Shown here piece after piece: positions 9,549 to 21,100 of a stretch of DNA of 42,038 bases (within the stretch, counting starts at the first letter, position 1; each line of letters opens with the position of its first letter). The stretch covers positions 1 to 42,038 of the forward strand of contig CBFHIO010000004.1 of assembly GCA_965656035.1 (NCBI GenBank), read 5' to 3'. Under the pieces are notes generated by a model, which searched no databases, had not been told where the DNA came from, and saw only the letters and a program-made list of their open reading frames with translations. Source of the stretch: Gammaproteobacteria bacterium. Its GTDB lineage: Bacteria; Pseudomonadota; Gammaproteobacteria; Magnimaribacterales; D2472. The translations under genes and the position numbers were made by a program.

Positions 9549-9955
9549 ATAATTTTTAAGGCTGTTTTTGATAGAGTGTCATTTATTGCCAAGCCTTTTT
9601 GAGAGAAGTAAATTTGTAAAAGCGGCAATCCTGCTAGAAATAAAATTAAAATGTTCACCAAAAACCTTATTGAAATTTGCTTTAGAGTAATTTTTTTTCC
9701 ATCAAGGCTATAAATTTCGATATTCCATACTGCCATGCCTAGAGTCTTATTTCCATTAAGCCAGAAGTAAGCAAAAAAACTCCAGCTACTTAAGATTACA
9801 AGAGACAGGCCTAACCATGGATTTAAAGTTTCTCCACCATTTAACCAAAGAGCTATTGAACCAACGGCAAACCATACACCCAATAAAAGAAAGAAATCAT
9901 AAATGCCCGCTGTGATTCTTTTTAAAGGAAAAACTTTATATGCTTTTTCATTCAT
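9545..9955 (-). CDS. RDD family membrane protein
   Basis: Motifs KR..A..YD, GNKTLGM..W.I and D..S.T. Convergent with lptG, as in Pseudomonas-type loci. Confidence 0.85.
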   Translation of the reverse strand: MNEKAYKVFPLKRITAGIYDFFLLLGVWFAVGSIALWLNGGETLNPWLGLSLVILSSWSFFAYFWLNGNKTLGMAVWNIEIYSLDGKKITLKQISIRFLVNILILFLAGLPLLQIYFSQKGLAINDTLSKTALKII

Positions 9956-9995
9956 TTTGGTATAGTAATTAAAATAAATTTCAAAATATACGATT

Positions 9996-11465
9996 ATGGA
10001 TAAAGATACAGCATTTTTTGGTCACCCAATTGGTCTTAGAACGTTATTTTTAACTGAGATGTGGGAACGGATGTCTTACTATGGAATGAGAGCATTGCTT
10101 GTTTTATATATGACTGGATCATTAACTGGATTTAATCCAGGAATGGGTCTTTCTGCAATGGATGCAAATGCTATCTATGGAATATATGTTGGTATGGTTT
10201 ATTTTATGGTCGTTCCAGGAGGCTGGATAGCTGATAATATTTTAGGTCATCAAAAAGCTGTTTTGTTAGGAGCAATAATTATTGCCCTTGGGCATTTCAC
10301 TCTAGCAATTCCAATTGAGCAAACGTTTTTCTTGGGCTTAATTCTTGTAGTTATTGGAACAGGCTTGTTAAAAGGAAATATTTCAACAATCGTTGGAAGC
10401 CTATACGGAGATAACGATCAAAGAAGAGATGCAGGTTACACAATTTTCTATATGTCGATAAATATTGGTTCAACATTGGGATTTCTTATATGTGCTTATC
10501 TAGGTGAAAAAATAGGTTGGCATTATGGCTTTGGGGCAGCTGGAATTGGTATGGCTTTTGGAGTGTATCAATATATTAATTATAGACATCTTCTTGGTGA
10601 CGCTGGCTTGAATCCTAATGATATGCTGGATTCAAGAAGAGCAAACCTAATCTCATGGACTAAAAGAAGTTTAGTTTTAATGTTTATTGTTATAGGTCTT
10701 GGTTTATTCGGATTAATCTCAATAGATCCTAGAGTCTTTGCAGAGAATTTTGCATACTTTCTTACCATAGTAGCTGGTGCATATTTCATCTATCTTTATG
10801 GGTTTGCAGGTCTAAATAGTTCAGAAAAAAAGAATCTATTGTTACTCTTTGTTTTATTTATAGGGGCTGCGGCATTTTGGTCAGGTTTTGATCAATCAGC
10901 AAGTTCTTTGAGTATATTTGCAAGAGACTATACCGATTTATCTATTGCTGGTTTCATAATCCCTATAGGATGGCTTCAGTTTGCTAATCCAATATTTGTT
11001 GTTACTTTTGCTCCTATATTTGCAGGAATCTGGGCCCACTTAGGAAGAATGAATATGGATCCATCACTACCATTAAAGTTTGCACTTGGTTTAATATTTA
11101 TGGCATTAAGCTTTATAGTAATGGTATACGCTGTAAAACTTGCTATGGTGTCTGCACCAGTTGGTATGCAATGGCTTTTAATTACATATTTGCTTCAGAC
11201 ATGGGGTGAGTTAGCATTGTCACCAATTGGCTTATCTGCATTCTCTAAATATTCTCCAAAAAAATATATGGGTCAGATGTTTGGCTTATGGTTCTTAGCT
11301 TCAGCTATTGGTGGTGTTCTTGCAGGCCTCCTAGGTGGAGATGCTACGGTTGATGGATTAAACTCCGTCCAACCTATATTTACATTCATGATCCAGTATT
11401 ACGTTGTTATAGCAATAGCCTTAATTTTGATGGCGTTCTTATTTAAAAAGAAAGAATCTAATTAA
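9996..11465 (+). CDS. POT/PTR family proton-dependent di/tripeptide transporter (MFS)
   Basis: ExxERxxYY motif (TEMWERMSYYGMR), PTR2 motif FYMSINIGS, and GELALSPIGLS. Confidence 0.93.
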   Translation: MDKDTAFFGHPIGLRTLFLTEMWERMSYYGMRALLVLYMTGSLTGFNPGMGLSAMDANAIYGIYVGMVYFMVVPGGWIADNILGHQKAVLLGAIIIALGHFTLAIPIEQTFFLGLILVVIGTGLLKGNISTIVGSLYGDNDQRRDAGYTIFYMSINIGSTLGFLICAYLGEKIGWHYGFGAAGIGMAFGVYQYINYRHLLGDAGLNPNDMLDSRRANLISWTKRSLVLMFIVIGLGLFGLISIDPRVFAENFAYFLTIVAGAYFIYLYGFAGLNSSEKKNLLLLFVLFIGAAAFWSGFDQSASSLSIFARDYTDLSIAGFIIPIGWLQFANPIFVVTFAPIFAGIWAHLGRMNMDPSLPLKFALGLIFMALSFIVMVYAVKLAMVSAPVGMQWLLITYLLQTWGELALSPIGLSAFSKYSPKKYMGQMFGLWFLASAIGGVLAGLLGGDATVDGLNSVQPIFTFMIQYYVVIAIALILMAFLFKKKESN

Positions 11466-11473
11466 ATAAAAAA

Positions 11474-12604
11474 TTAGGATAGTTTTTTGTTAAGGTTTTT
11501 GAGAATATCTGTATAAATTTTTTGCAGTAGTTCGATTTCTGAGATTTTTACGTGTTCATTAATTTGATGAATTGTTTCATTTAATGGACCTAGCTCGACT
11601 ATTTCAGTACCCATCTTAGCTATGAATCTACCGTCAGAGGTTCCTCCTTTTGCGTTTAAATCAGGCGTGTAACTAGTTATATTTTTTATAGAATCAACAA
11701 CTACATCTTTTAGGTTATCTTCTTTTGTTAAGTAGGGGAGTCCGCTAAGCTTCCAATCAATTTCATATTCAACGTTTAGTGCTTTTAGAATAGTTTCAAA
11801 CTCATTCATTAGTTTTTCATGGGTAGATTCAGTTGAGTACCTAAAGTTAAAAAACATATCCAGTTCTCCAGGAACCACATTTTTAGCGCCTGTCCCAGAG
11901 TGAATATTAGAAATCTGAAAACTTGTGGGTTGGAATACTGCATTGCCGTTGTCCCATACTGTATTTTTTAATTTAACAATCACATCACTTGCAGAAAATA
12001 TTGGATTCACAATATTTTCTGGATATGCAATGTGTCCTTGTTTGCCAATGATTTTTAATGAGCCTCCCAATGATCCTCTTCTACCAATTCTTATGCTATC
12101 ACCAACTCTTTTGTAAGAGGTGGGCTCACCAACAAGACAAAAATCAATTTTTTCATCGTTTTCAATCATGTCATCAACAATCTTATCTATAAAGCCATCT
12201 GCAGCATCTCCCTCCTCATTGGACGTTAGTAAAATGGCAATTCTATAATTTAAGTCAGGTTTAGAACTCATAAATTCTTCGAGTGATTCTATAAAAGCTG
12301 CTATCGAGGCTTTCATATCAGCAGTTCCCCTTCCATACATTACATCACCATCAATATGGCCAGAAAAAGGAGGGTAGGTCCATTGCTCAACAGGGCCTGT
12401 TGGCACTACGTCTGTATGACCAAGAAAACAGAAAATTTTTCCTTTATTCCCATAAGTAGCATATAAATTTTCTACGTTGAGGTAATTAATTCTATTACAT
12501 TCAAAATTAAGTTTTTTTAATCTTTCTTCAATTAAGTTAAAACACCCCTCATCCCTGGGTGAGATGGATTGTATTTGTATGAGTTTTTGAAGAAATTCAA
12601 TCAT
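11474..12604 (-). CDS. dapE: succinyl-diaminopimelate desuccinylase
   Basis: Motifs GHTDVVP, GRGTADMK, SNEEG, GRRGSL, GGTSDGRFIA and TIHQINE. Confidence 0.95.
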   Translation of the reverse strand: MIEFLQKLIQIQSISPRDEGCFNLIEERLKKLNFECNRINYLNVENLYATYGNKGKIFCFLGHTDVVPTGPVEQWTYPPFSGHIDGDVMYGRGTADMKASIAAFIESLEEFMSSKPDLNYRIAILLTSNEEGDAADGFIDKIVDDMIENDEKIDFCLVGEPTSYKRVGDSIRIGRRGSLGGSLKIIGKQGHIAYPENIVNPIFSASDVIVKLKNTVWDNGNAVFQPTSFQISNIHSGTGAKNVVPGELDMFFNFRYSTESTHEKLMNEFETILKALNVEYEIDWKLSGLPYLTKEDNLKDVVVDSIKNITSYTPDLNAKGGTSDGRFIAKMGTEIVELGPLNETIHQINEHVKISEIELLQKIYTDILKNLNKKLS

Positions 12605-13511
12605 TTTTATGAAGTTCAGAGTTTAATTTAATGGACTTATGATTAGCTTTGGCGATTACCTTGCCATTTTGAGAATTTCTTAAAAAGACTAGATTTGAGC
12701 AATTAGATAATTCAGAACCTTTTAAAACCCGATCTACCTCTCCATTTTTATCATATACCTCAATTTTTGTGCCAGCAGTAATGTACAAACCAGCTTCAAT
12801 TGTACAGTTATTTCCAAGTGGTATACCGACACCAGCATTAGCACCAATCAGGCAGTTTTCTCCAATTGAAATTTTTATATTGTTTCCACCCGAAAGGGTA
12901 CCCATAGTACTACAGCCACCTCCAAGATCAGAATTATTTCCTACAACAACTCCAGCAGATATTCTTCCTTCTATCATTGCTGTGCCGAGAGTTCCTGCAT
13001 TAAAATTGACAAAGCCCTCATGCATGATTGTAGTTCCTGGACTTAAATAAGCTCCTAGTCTTACTCTAGAGGTGTCAGCTATCCTCACGTTTTTTGGTAT
13101 GATGTAATCAGTCAGTTGAGGAAATTTATCAAGTGATCTTATAAATAAATCATCTTTATTTTGTTTTGAAGTTAGTAACTCTTGATCAATTTCATCAATA
13201 GAAATTGGGCCTTTATTTGTCCAAGCTACATTTGGCAATGCATTAAAAAGACCATCAAGATTAATTGAATTAGGAAGCACAAATCTATATGAAATTAAGT
13301 GTAATTTAAGATATGCACTTACAACATCCTCTATTGGCTCTTCAAGATCTTTTTGAGTCCAACGCATTTCAACGACTTCTTTTTCTGAGTTATCAGTGTT
13401 TATGTTTTTAATATCAGTTTTTTGACCATTAAATTCAATAACAGGAAAATATGCATCAAGCGCTTCACCGTTTGATGATTTAGTTAATAAGCCTGTTGCT
13501 TTAATTGTCAT
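12597..13511 (-). CDS. dapD: tetrahydrodipicolinate N-succinyltransferase (Pseudomonas/actinobacterial type)
   Basis: Motifs AYLKLHLISYR, LDKFP, VRIADTSRVRLGAYL.PGTTIMHEGFVNFNAGT and EAGLYITAG. Confidence 0.94.
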   Translation of the reverse strand: MTIKATGLLTKSSNGEALDAYFPVIEFNGQKTDIKNINTDNSEKEVVEMRWTQKDLEEPIEDVVSAYLKLHLISYRFVLPNSINLDGLFNALPNVAWTNKGPISIDEIDQELLTSKQNKDDLFIRSLDKFPQLTDYIIPKNVRIADTSRVRLGAYLSPGTTIMHEGFVNFNAGTLGTAMIEGRISAGVVVGNNSDLGGGCSTMGTLSGGNNIKISIGENCLIGANAGVGIPLGNNCTIEAGLYITAGTKIEVYDKNGEVDRVLKGSELSNCSNLVFLRNSQNGKVIAKANHKSIKLNSELHKND

Positions 13512-13517
13512 GTCGCT

Positions 13518-13523
13518 ATTATA
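13518..13523 (-). promoter_or_regulatory. -10 box TATAAT 6 nt upstream of the dapD ATG (candidate leaderless promoter)
   Basis: Minus strand reads TATAAT AGCGAC ATG with no SD sequence. Confidence 0.55.
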
Positions 13524-13540
13524 GAGACGAATTAGGTTAT

Positions 13541-16057
13541 TTATAAAGTTTCTTTAAGACTATCGCTTATTTTTTTAATTTTTTTGTTTGAAACAGATGA
13601 GAGTGCCATATCCTCAATTTCAAAGGTGTCCTCGACCCTGTCACCAAGGGTATTAATTCTTGCAGAATATATTGAAATACCATTTTCAAAGAATGTTTTT
13701 GCAATTTTTACCAACAAACCTGGACTATCTGCAGTTTCAATAGTTAGTAAATTTCTTTTTTTATCTTTTTGCTCCATATTTGAAATTTTAAATGGTTTCC
13801 CAAAAGATTCATTTTTCTTTTTCTTGAAAACTAATTCTTTTTTCTGGGTGTCTAGATTTTTTAAATTATGAGATATTTTTAATTTGATATCTTGAACCTC
13901 AGTATTGCTTAATGGCCTATCATGAAAAGAATATTTTGCAATAAAAGTATTTGCAGCAATATTCTTGTTAGTGCAGGTAGATATGTTTGCATCAATTATT
14001 TCAAGACCAGACAATTGGAAGACTTGAACTAATTTTAAAAAGAGCCCATCAAAGTTTTCAGTCTTAATAAAAATTTCCAACAAGCTATCAAAACACTTTC
14101 TAGCACCAATAACTGTTTTCTTTAATTCGCTATCAAAAATTAAACCGCATTGCCATTTAAGTTTATCGAGATTATTTTTTGTAAAGAAAGAATCATCAAA
14201 AACTTCAAGATAGTTTTTAATTTTTTTCCTATCTTCTTCCTTTTTAAATAAGCTTATGCAGTTCTTTTTTCTATCATCAGTAATTTCTTTAGTGGTTTGA
14301 ACTGGTTCTTTATTTATTTTTGACCTTGTTAGTATGAAAAGATCCTTAAGAAGTTCATGCTTCCAACCATTCCATAGAGCAGGGTTAGTGGCTCTTATAT
14401 CATTAACAGTTAACAGATATAAATAATCAAGTCTTTCAGTTGTTTTGGCAAGGCTTGCGAACTCTTCTATTGTGCCCATGTCAGAAATATCTTTTTTCTG
14501 AGAAATTGAAGACATTTTAAGATGATGAAGGACTAACCAAGAAATAAGGTCAGCATCGGCTTTTGATAAACCAATTTTTTTTGCGAAGTTATAGCTTATT
14601 TCTGCCCCAATTTTTGAGTGATCTCCTCCTTTACCTTTGCCCAAATCATGAAAGAGACCAGCTAAATATAGAATTTCTATCTTTGGTAGCCTATTTATTA
14701 ACTCATGCTCTAATTTAAACTCATTTTTTAAGTGAATTTTCATTTGGCGCATATTTCTTACGACCTTGAACGTATGTTCATCCACAGTATAAACATGAAA
14801 TAAATCAAATTGCATTTGACCAATGACCTTATTAAATTCATCAACATACCTCTGAATTATTCCAATAGCTTTCATAGATTTTAAGATCGAAGAAAGATTA
14901 TATTTTGATCTAAAAATTTCTAAAAACTGGTTTGCATATACTCGATCCTCTTTAAACTTATTGTTAATAAGATCAAGATTATTTTTTAGAAGAGATGCTG
15001 TATTGGTATCAATTGCATTAACCTTCTTACTTGAACCTATATAGTTATATATGCCAAAAATTAGGTCTTTTCTATCAGAAAGATTAATTTTAGGATTGAT
15101 TCCAATTTTGTCTCCTTTGATATAGTAATCGCCAATATTTTTTGTAAGGCTAAAAGAATTTTGTTCATCAAATTTTTTGAATACATGTTGATTAAAGTTA
15201 GTTAGGTTTGATGCGTTTTCGTAAAATTTTTGCATCATTTTTTCTACAGATCTTTTTCTAGTTTCTTCACTAATATTAGCTTTAAGAGCTATTTCTATTT
15301 GAAGTTCAAAAGTTAACCTATTTCTTGAGGATAAAGAGTTTGTTATATATCTAAGACTTTTAACAAAATTATAAGAATCAATTATTTCATCTAAATTATC
15401 TGCAAATTCTTTGGAGTTTTTAATCTCTTTAATATTCTTTAAATCAAAACAGTGTTGAAGGATCCATAAAGCTGTTTGAAAATCTCTAAGGCAACCGGGT
15501 GATTCTTTTAAATCTGGCTCTAAATTATATGCGGTAGAGTAAAAGGATTTATATCTATCTTCCTGCTCCAATAATTTTACTTTGCAGAATTTTTTTTTCG
15601 ACCATATTTTTTGCAACACAGAAGTTATTTCTTTATCGATAGTGTCATTAGTTATTAATGCTCGTCGTGTTAAATATGAAGTAAATTCTTTAGCATTGTC
15701 TTTAGTAATTTTTTTAATATCTTTTATGCTTCTTACAGAATGTCCAATCTGATATCCTAAATCCCAGAGTTTGGCTATAAACTTTTCTAAATTTTCAATT
15801 TTTTTTGGTTTGTTATTTTTATGAATTATTGAAATATCTATATCTGATGATGGATAGAGCTCTTTTCTACCAAATCCCCCATTGGCATATATCACAAAAT
15901 CCTTGCTCAAATTATATTGTTTGAAGTAGTTAAGAATTTTCTTCTCTACTCTAGATGTATTTTTTGCCAAGTAGTCATTTGTTAAACTTGGAGTTTGATA
16001 TATTTTTGGAAAATTATTTAAAAAATCATCATTCAAATTTGATTCATTTTTAATCAT
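13541..16057 (-). CDS. glnD: [protein-PII] uridylyltransferase / uridylyl-removing enzyme
   Basis: NTase motif GGFGRKELYPSSDID, NLEPDLKESPGCLRD, HVYTVDEH, HD motif LFHDLGKG and C-terminal ACT domains. The likely start ATG 16057 overlaps the map stop. Confidence 0.94.
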   Translation of the reverse strand: MIKNESNLNDDFLNNFPKIYQTPSLTNDYLAKNTSRVEKKILNYFKQYNLSKDFVIYANGGFGRKELYPSSDIDISIIHKNNKPKKIENLEKFIAKLWDLGYQIGHSVRSIKDIKKITKDNAKEFTSYLTRRALITNDTIDKEITSVLQKIWSKKKFCKVKLLEQEDRYKSFYSTAYNLEPDLKESPGCLRDFQTALWILQHCFDLKNIKEIKNSKEFADNLDEIIDSYNFVKSLRYITNSLSSRNRLTFELQIEIALKANISEETRKRSVEKMMQKFYENASNLTNFNQHVFKKFDEQNSFSLTKNIGDYYIKGDKIGINPKINLSDRKDLIFGIYNYIGSSKKVNAIDTNTASLLKNNLDLINNKFKEDRVYANQFLEIFRSKYNLSSILKSMKAIGIIQRYVDEFNKVIGQMQFDLFHVYTVDEHTFKVVRNMRQMKIHLKNEFKLEHELINRLPKIEILYLAGLFHDLGKGKGGDHSKIGAEISYNFAKKIGLSKADADLISWLVLHHLKMSSISQKKDISDMGTIEEFASLAKTTERLDYLYLLTVNDIRATNPALWNGWKHELLKDLFILTRSKINKEPVQTTKEITDDRKKNCISLFKKEEDRKKIKNYLEVFDDSFFTKNNLDKLKWQCGLIFDSELKKTVIGARKCFDSLLEIFIKTENFDGLFLKLVQVFQLSGLEIIDANISTCTNKNIAANTFIAKYSFHDRPLSNTEVQDIKLKISHNLKNLDTQKKELVFKKKKNESFGKPFKISNMEQKDKKRNLLTIETADSPGLLVKIAKTFFENGISIYSARINTLGDRVEDTFEIEDMALSSVSNKKIKKISDSLKETL

Positions 16058-16824
16058 AAAAATTCTTCTTGTCTTTTTGTAAGAACCTCGACTCCGCTTG
16101 ATGTGACTGCAACTGTATGTTCCCATTGGGCAGAATTTCTTCCATCTTTAGTTTCTACAGTCCACCCATCTTGTAAAGTTTTGCAGTATTTTGATCCTTG
16201 ATTAATCATTGGCTCAATCGTGAAACACATGCCTTCTTGAATTTGAATGCCTCTGCCTGGCTTTCCGTAATGCAGCACTTGTGGCTCTTCATGATAAACG
16301 TTTCCAATACCATGTCCGCAATAATCTTCAACAACGCTATAGTAATTAGACTCTGCATGCTTTTGAATAGCATGACCTATATCGCCAAGATAAGCCCCTG
16401 GTTTAACTTCATCTATTGCTTTGTAAAGACATTCTTGAGTAATCTTAACCAATCTTTCGTTGTGGGGTTGGCACTTTCCAACAAGATACATTTTTGATGT
16501 GTCACCATGCCAGCCATCTTTAATTACAGTTACATCAATGTTTAAAATATCCCCATTTTTTAGGATTCTATTTTTATCAGGAATACCGTGGCAAATTACT
16601 TGATTGATGCTTGAACAAATAGTTTTTTCAAAACCTCGGTAACCAACATTTGCTGGAATTGCTTTTTGAACATTAACAATATGTTCGTAGCATATATTAT
16701 CCAATTCTTCAGTAGAAACTCCAGGAACAACGAAAGGCTCTATCATTTCTAATACTTCTGCTGCAAGCTTTCCAGCAACTCTCATTTTTTCAATTTCTTT
16801 TTTAGTTTTAATAGAAATTTTCAT
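16054..16824 (-). CDS. map: methionine aminopeptidase type I
   Basis: Motifs ICHGIP, NIDVTV..DGWHGDTS, YCGHGIG, TIEPMIN and SAQWEHT. Start 16824 preferred over 16836 because a TATACT -10 box lies only 2 nt before the latter. Confidence 0.96.
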   Translation of the reverse strand: MKISIKTKKEIEKMRVAGKLAAEVLEMIEPFVVPGVSTEELDNICYEHIVNVQKAIPANVGYRGFEKTICSSINQVICHGIPDKNRILKNGDILNIDVTVIKDGWHGDTSKMYLVGKCQPHNERLVKITQECLYKAIDEVKPGAYLGDIGHAIQKHAESNYYSVVEDYCGHGIGNVYHEEPQVLHYGKPGRGIQIQEGMCFTIEPMINQGSKYCKTLQDGWTVETKDGRNSAQWEHTVAVTSSGVEVLTKRQEEFL

Positions 16825-16849
16825 ATTTTTTCTCATTTAGTATAGACAG

Positions 16850-16876
16850 TTGACAAGTAAATCTATAAAGTACAAT
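16850..16876 (+). promoter_or_regulatory. candidate sigma70 promoter for carAB
   Basis: TTGACA (16850-16855), 15 nt spacer, TACAAT (16871-16876). The spacer is shorter than optimal. Confidence 0.45.
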
Positions 16877-16978
16877 TTTAATGCCAGCACAACATTTTAG
16901 CTCATTAAAATTCAAAATTTCTTTAAATAGATACCCATTCATATTTATTAGTTTCATACCCAATTGGGGGAATTTTTA

Positions 16979-18100
16979 GTGTCTTTTCCAGCTATCTTAG
17001 CGCTTGAAGATGGAAGTATATTCTATGGAGAAGGCTTTGGTGAAGAAATAATTGATGTTGGTGAATTAGTTTTTAATACCTCTATGACTGGTTATCAAGA
17101 AATTATTACAGATCCTTCTTATAAAAAACAAATTATTACCTTTACACATCCTCATATTGGCAATACCGGTATTAACGATGAGGATAATGAATCATCTTTA
17201 ATCCATGCTTCTGGACTTGTTATTAATAAGTATTGTTCCAAGCCATGTAACTGGCGATCTAATAAAACATTAGATGAATTCTTGCGTGAACAAGATGTGA
17301 TTGCAATTTCCGAAATTAATACCAGGAAATTAACATCAATATTGCGAGATAAGGGTTCGCTAAATAGTTGTATTGCGCCTCTTACAAAATTAACAGCTGA
17401 AGAAGCCTTGGCAAAGGCTAAAGATTTTTCAGGTTTAAAAGGGATGGATTTAGCTAAAATAGTTTCTGTAAAAGAAAAATATAGTTGGAATGAGGGTGTA
17501 TGGCCAGCTAATAATTTAGCTACAAAAAATCATCCAGTAGTTGCCTTTGATTTTGGAATAAAAAATAATATTTTGAGGCTTTTATCAGATCATGTGGGGC
17601 AAGTTATAGTAGTTAATGCGGAAACATCTTTTGAGGAGGTAATGGCACTCTCGCCAAAAGGAATTTTCCTATCAAACGGGCCTGGAGACCCTGAGCCATG
17701 CTCTTATGCTATTGATAGTATTAGAAAATTTCTTGAGGTAAATCTTCCTATTTTTGGAATATGCCTTGGTCATCAACTTTTAGCACTCGCTGGAGGAGCT
17801 TCAACATATAAGATGAAATTTGGGCATCATGGAGCCAATCATCCTGTACAAGATTTAAAAACAAAAGAAGTTTTTATTACAAGTCAAAATCATGGTTTTG
17901 CAGTTGATGAAAAGACTTTGCCTTCAAATATAAATGCTTCCCATATATCTCTATTTGATCAATCATTACAAGGTATTGAGTTCAATGATAAGCCAGCATT
18001 TGGTTTTCAGGGTCATCCTGAAGCGAGTCCGGGCCCACAAGAAATACAAACTTTATTTAAAAAGTTTCAATCTATGGTAGAAGAATATGCCAAGACGTAA
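16979..18100 (+). CDS. carA: carbamoyl-phosphate synthase small subunit
   Basis: Motifs [28 protein letters not shown] and [14 protein letters not shown] 16979 follows the SD GGGGG. Confidence 0.96.
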   Translation: MSFPAILALEDGSIFYGEGFGEEIIDVGELVFNTSMTGYQEIITDPSYKKQIITFTHPHIGNTGINDEDNESSLIHASGLVINKYCSKPCNWRSNKTLDEFLREQDVIAISEINTRKLTSILRDKGSLNSCIAPLTKLTAEEALAKAKDFSGLKGMDLAKIVSVKEKYSWNEGVWPANNLATKNHPVVAFDFGIKNNILRLLSDHVGQVIVVNAETSFEEVMALSPKGIFLSNGPGDPEPCSYAIDSIRKFLEVNLPIFGICLGHQLLALAGGASTYKMKFGHHGANHPVQDLKTKEVFITSQNHGFAVDEKTLPSNINASHISLFDQSLQGIEFNDKPAFGFQGHPEASPGPQEIQTLFKKFQSMVEEYAKT

Positions 18101-21100
18101 AGATATAAAATCAATTTTAATAATTGGCGCAGGGCCTATTATCATTGGTCAAGCCTGTGAATTTGATTACTCCGGAGCTCAAGCTTGTAAGGCTTTAAAA
18201 GAAGAGGGCTTTAAAGTAATTTTAGTTAATTCCAATCCGGCAACTATCATGACGGATCCTTTAATGGCAGACGCAACTTATATTGAACCTATTCACTGGG
18301 AATCGGTTGAAAAGATAATTGAAAAAGAAAAGCCGGATGCAATTCTGCCAACAATGGGTGGTCAGACGGCTTTAAATACTGCTTTATCTTTAGACAAGCA
18401 CGGAGTTCTCAAGAAACACGGGGTAATTCTAATAGGGGCTAACAGAGAAGCCATTGACAAAGCAGAAGACAGACAGCTCTTTGATGAAACAATGCAAGCA
18501 ATTGGAATTGAGACTCCAAGCTCTGGTATTGCTCATTCAATGGAAGATGCAATGAAAGTCCAGAAAAAAATTGGTTTTCCATGCATTATCAGACCTTCAT
18601 TTACCATGGGTGGAACTGGCGGAGGTATTGCTTACAACATTGATGAGTTTGAAGCTATTTGCAAGAAAGGACTTGAATTATCGCCTACAAATGAGCTTTT
18701 AATTGATGAATCATTAATCGGCTGGAAAGAATTTGAAATGGAGGTGGTTCGAGACTGCAAAGATAACTGCATTATTGTTTGTTCAATAGAAAACCTAGAT
18801 CCAATGGGTGTTCACACCGGAGACTCTATCACTATTGCTCCTGCACAAACTCTAACAGATAAAGAATATCAAATAATGAGAAATGCTTCATTCAAGATTT
18901 TAAGAGAAATAGGTGTAGATACAGGTGGTTCAAATGTTCAATTTGCAATCAATCCAGACAATGGAAAAATGGTTGTAATAGAGATGAATCCAAGAGTAAG
19001 TCGCTCATCTGCTCTTGCTTCAAAAGCTACAGGTTTTCCAATTGCTAAAGTAGCTGCATTACTATCAGTTGGATATACCCTTGATGAGTTAAAAAATGAT
19101 ATTACTGGAGGCCTTACACCAGCATCATTTGAGCCTAGTATTGATTATATAGTCACTAAAATCCCCAAATTTGCTTTTGAAAAATTCCCACAAGCCGAAC
19201 CAAAGCTTACAACCCAAATGAAATCTGTTGGAGAGGTTATGGCAATTGGGTCTAATTTTCAAGAATCACTTCAAAAAGCATTAGCAAGCATGGAAGAAGA
19301 CTTAAATGGTCTTAATTCCATAGTTGAAAAACCATATGAAAAATGTAAAGAAGAAATTCTTTATCAATTAACATTTCCTGGCCCTAAAAGATTATTTTAT
19401 GTTTGTGATGCGATAAGGGCAGGATGGGGACTTGAGAAAATTTATGAGCTTACAAAAATTGATTATTGGTTTCTTAACCAGCTTGATGAAATCTTAAATG
19501 TTGAGAAATCTTTACAAGATAAGAGATTGTCTGATCTTGGTTATGAGCAAATATACTCTTTAAAGAAAAAAGGGTTCACCGATTCAAGAATCGCTCAATT
19601 AATAAACTCAAAAGAGTCTGACTTTAGAGATTTAAGGAAAGAGCTAAATATTTTTCCTGCTTACAGAAGAGTGGATACTTGTGCTGCTGAATTTGCAACT
19701 TCAACATGTTATATGTATTCAACCTATGCAGACCAATGTGAAAGCAATCCAACAAACAATAAAAAAATTCTTGTTCTAGGAAGTGGGCCAAACAGAATTG
19801 GACAAGGAATTGAATTTGATTATTGTTGTGTTCATGCCTCACTTGCTATGCAAGAGGAGGGCTATGAATCAATTATGGTTAATTGTAATCCCGAAACCGT
19901 TTCCACAGATTATGATGTATCAAATAGATTATATTTTGAGCCAATAACAGCTGAAAAGATTTTAGATATTATTGATAATGAGAAGCCTGAGGCAGTCATT
20001 ATTCAATTTGGTGGACAGACCCCGTTAAAGTTAGCGGGTGTTTTATCTGAGAGAGGGGTAAAAATTCTTGGCACAGATGTAGATGCAATCGACAGATCTG
20101 AAGACAGAGAAAGGTTTCAAGAATTAATTCAAAAACTTGATTTAAAGCAGCCTGCAAATGCAACTGTTAAGAACATATCTGAGGCAATGATTGAGGCAGA
20201 AAAAATTGGATTTCCAATAGTTGTGAGACCCTCATATGTATTGGGTGGAAGAGCCATGCAGCTTGTTCATAACTTAAACGAATTAGAGTTGTATTTAAAT
20301 GAAGCAGTAGAAGTCTCAAACAGCAAGCCAATTTTATTAGACAGCTATTTAACAGATGCTGTTGAGGTTGATGTAGACGTTGTTTCCGATGGGAAAGAAA
20401 TTCAAGTTGGAGGAATTTTACAACACATTGAACAAGCGGGTATTCATTCTGGTGATTCAGCATGCTCATTACCTCCATATAGTTTGTCAAAAGAAATTCA
20501 AAAAGAAATTTCCGATCAATCCATTAAAATCGGTAAAGAGTTAGATATTTTAGGTCTTATGAATATTCAATTCGCCGTAAAAGAAGATGTTGTATATATT
20601 ATTGAAGTAAACCCCAGGGCCTCAAGAACTGTTCCATTCATATCCAAAGCAATTGGCAGCTCGCTTGTTAAAATTGCATCAAAAGCTATGATTGGAAACA
20701 CTCTTGCCAACCAAAAATTTTCAAGTGCTCTACCTGATGATTTATATTTTGTTAAGGAGGCTGTTTTGCCATTTGATAAATTTCCTTTAGTTGATCCAAT
20801 ACTTGGACCAGAGATGAAATCTACAGGAGAGGTAATGGGGATTGGAATTGGTTTTGGTGAAGCCTATGCCAAAGCACAAAAAGGTGCCAATAAAATCTTA
20901 CCAAGATCTGGAACTGTATTCATAAGCGTAAAAGATAGCGATAAAAAATATTTAGATGAGCTCTTGCCTCTTATAGAAAAGAATGGTTTTGAAATGGTTG
21001 CTACTGTTGGTACAGCCTCTTACATTAAAGCCTTAAACTATAAAGTTAAAAAGATTAATAAAGTATTAGAAGGAAGACCTCACACAGTTGATAGCCTACT

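Noticed and set aside
16058-16126. N-terminal extension of GlnD overlapping map
   Set aside because: It is an off-frame read of the map 3' end; ATG 16057 gives a standard ATGA coupling.
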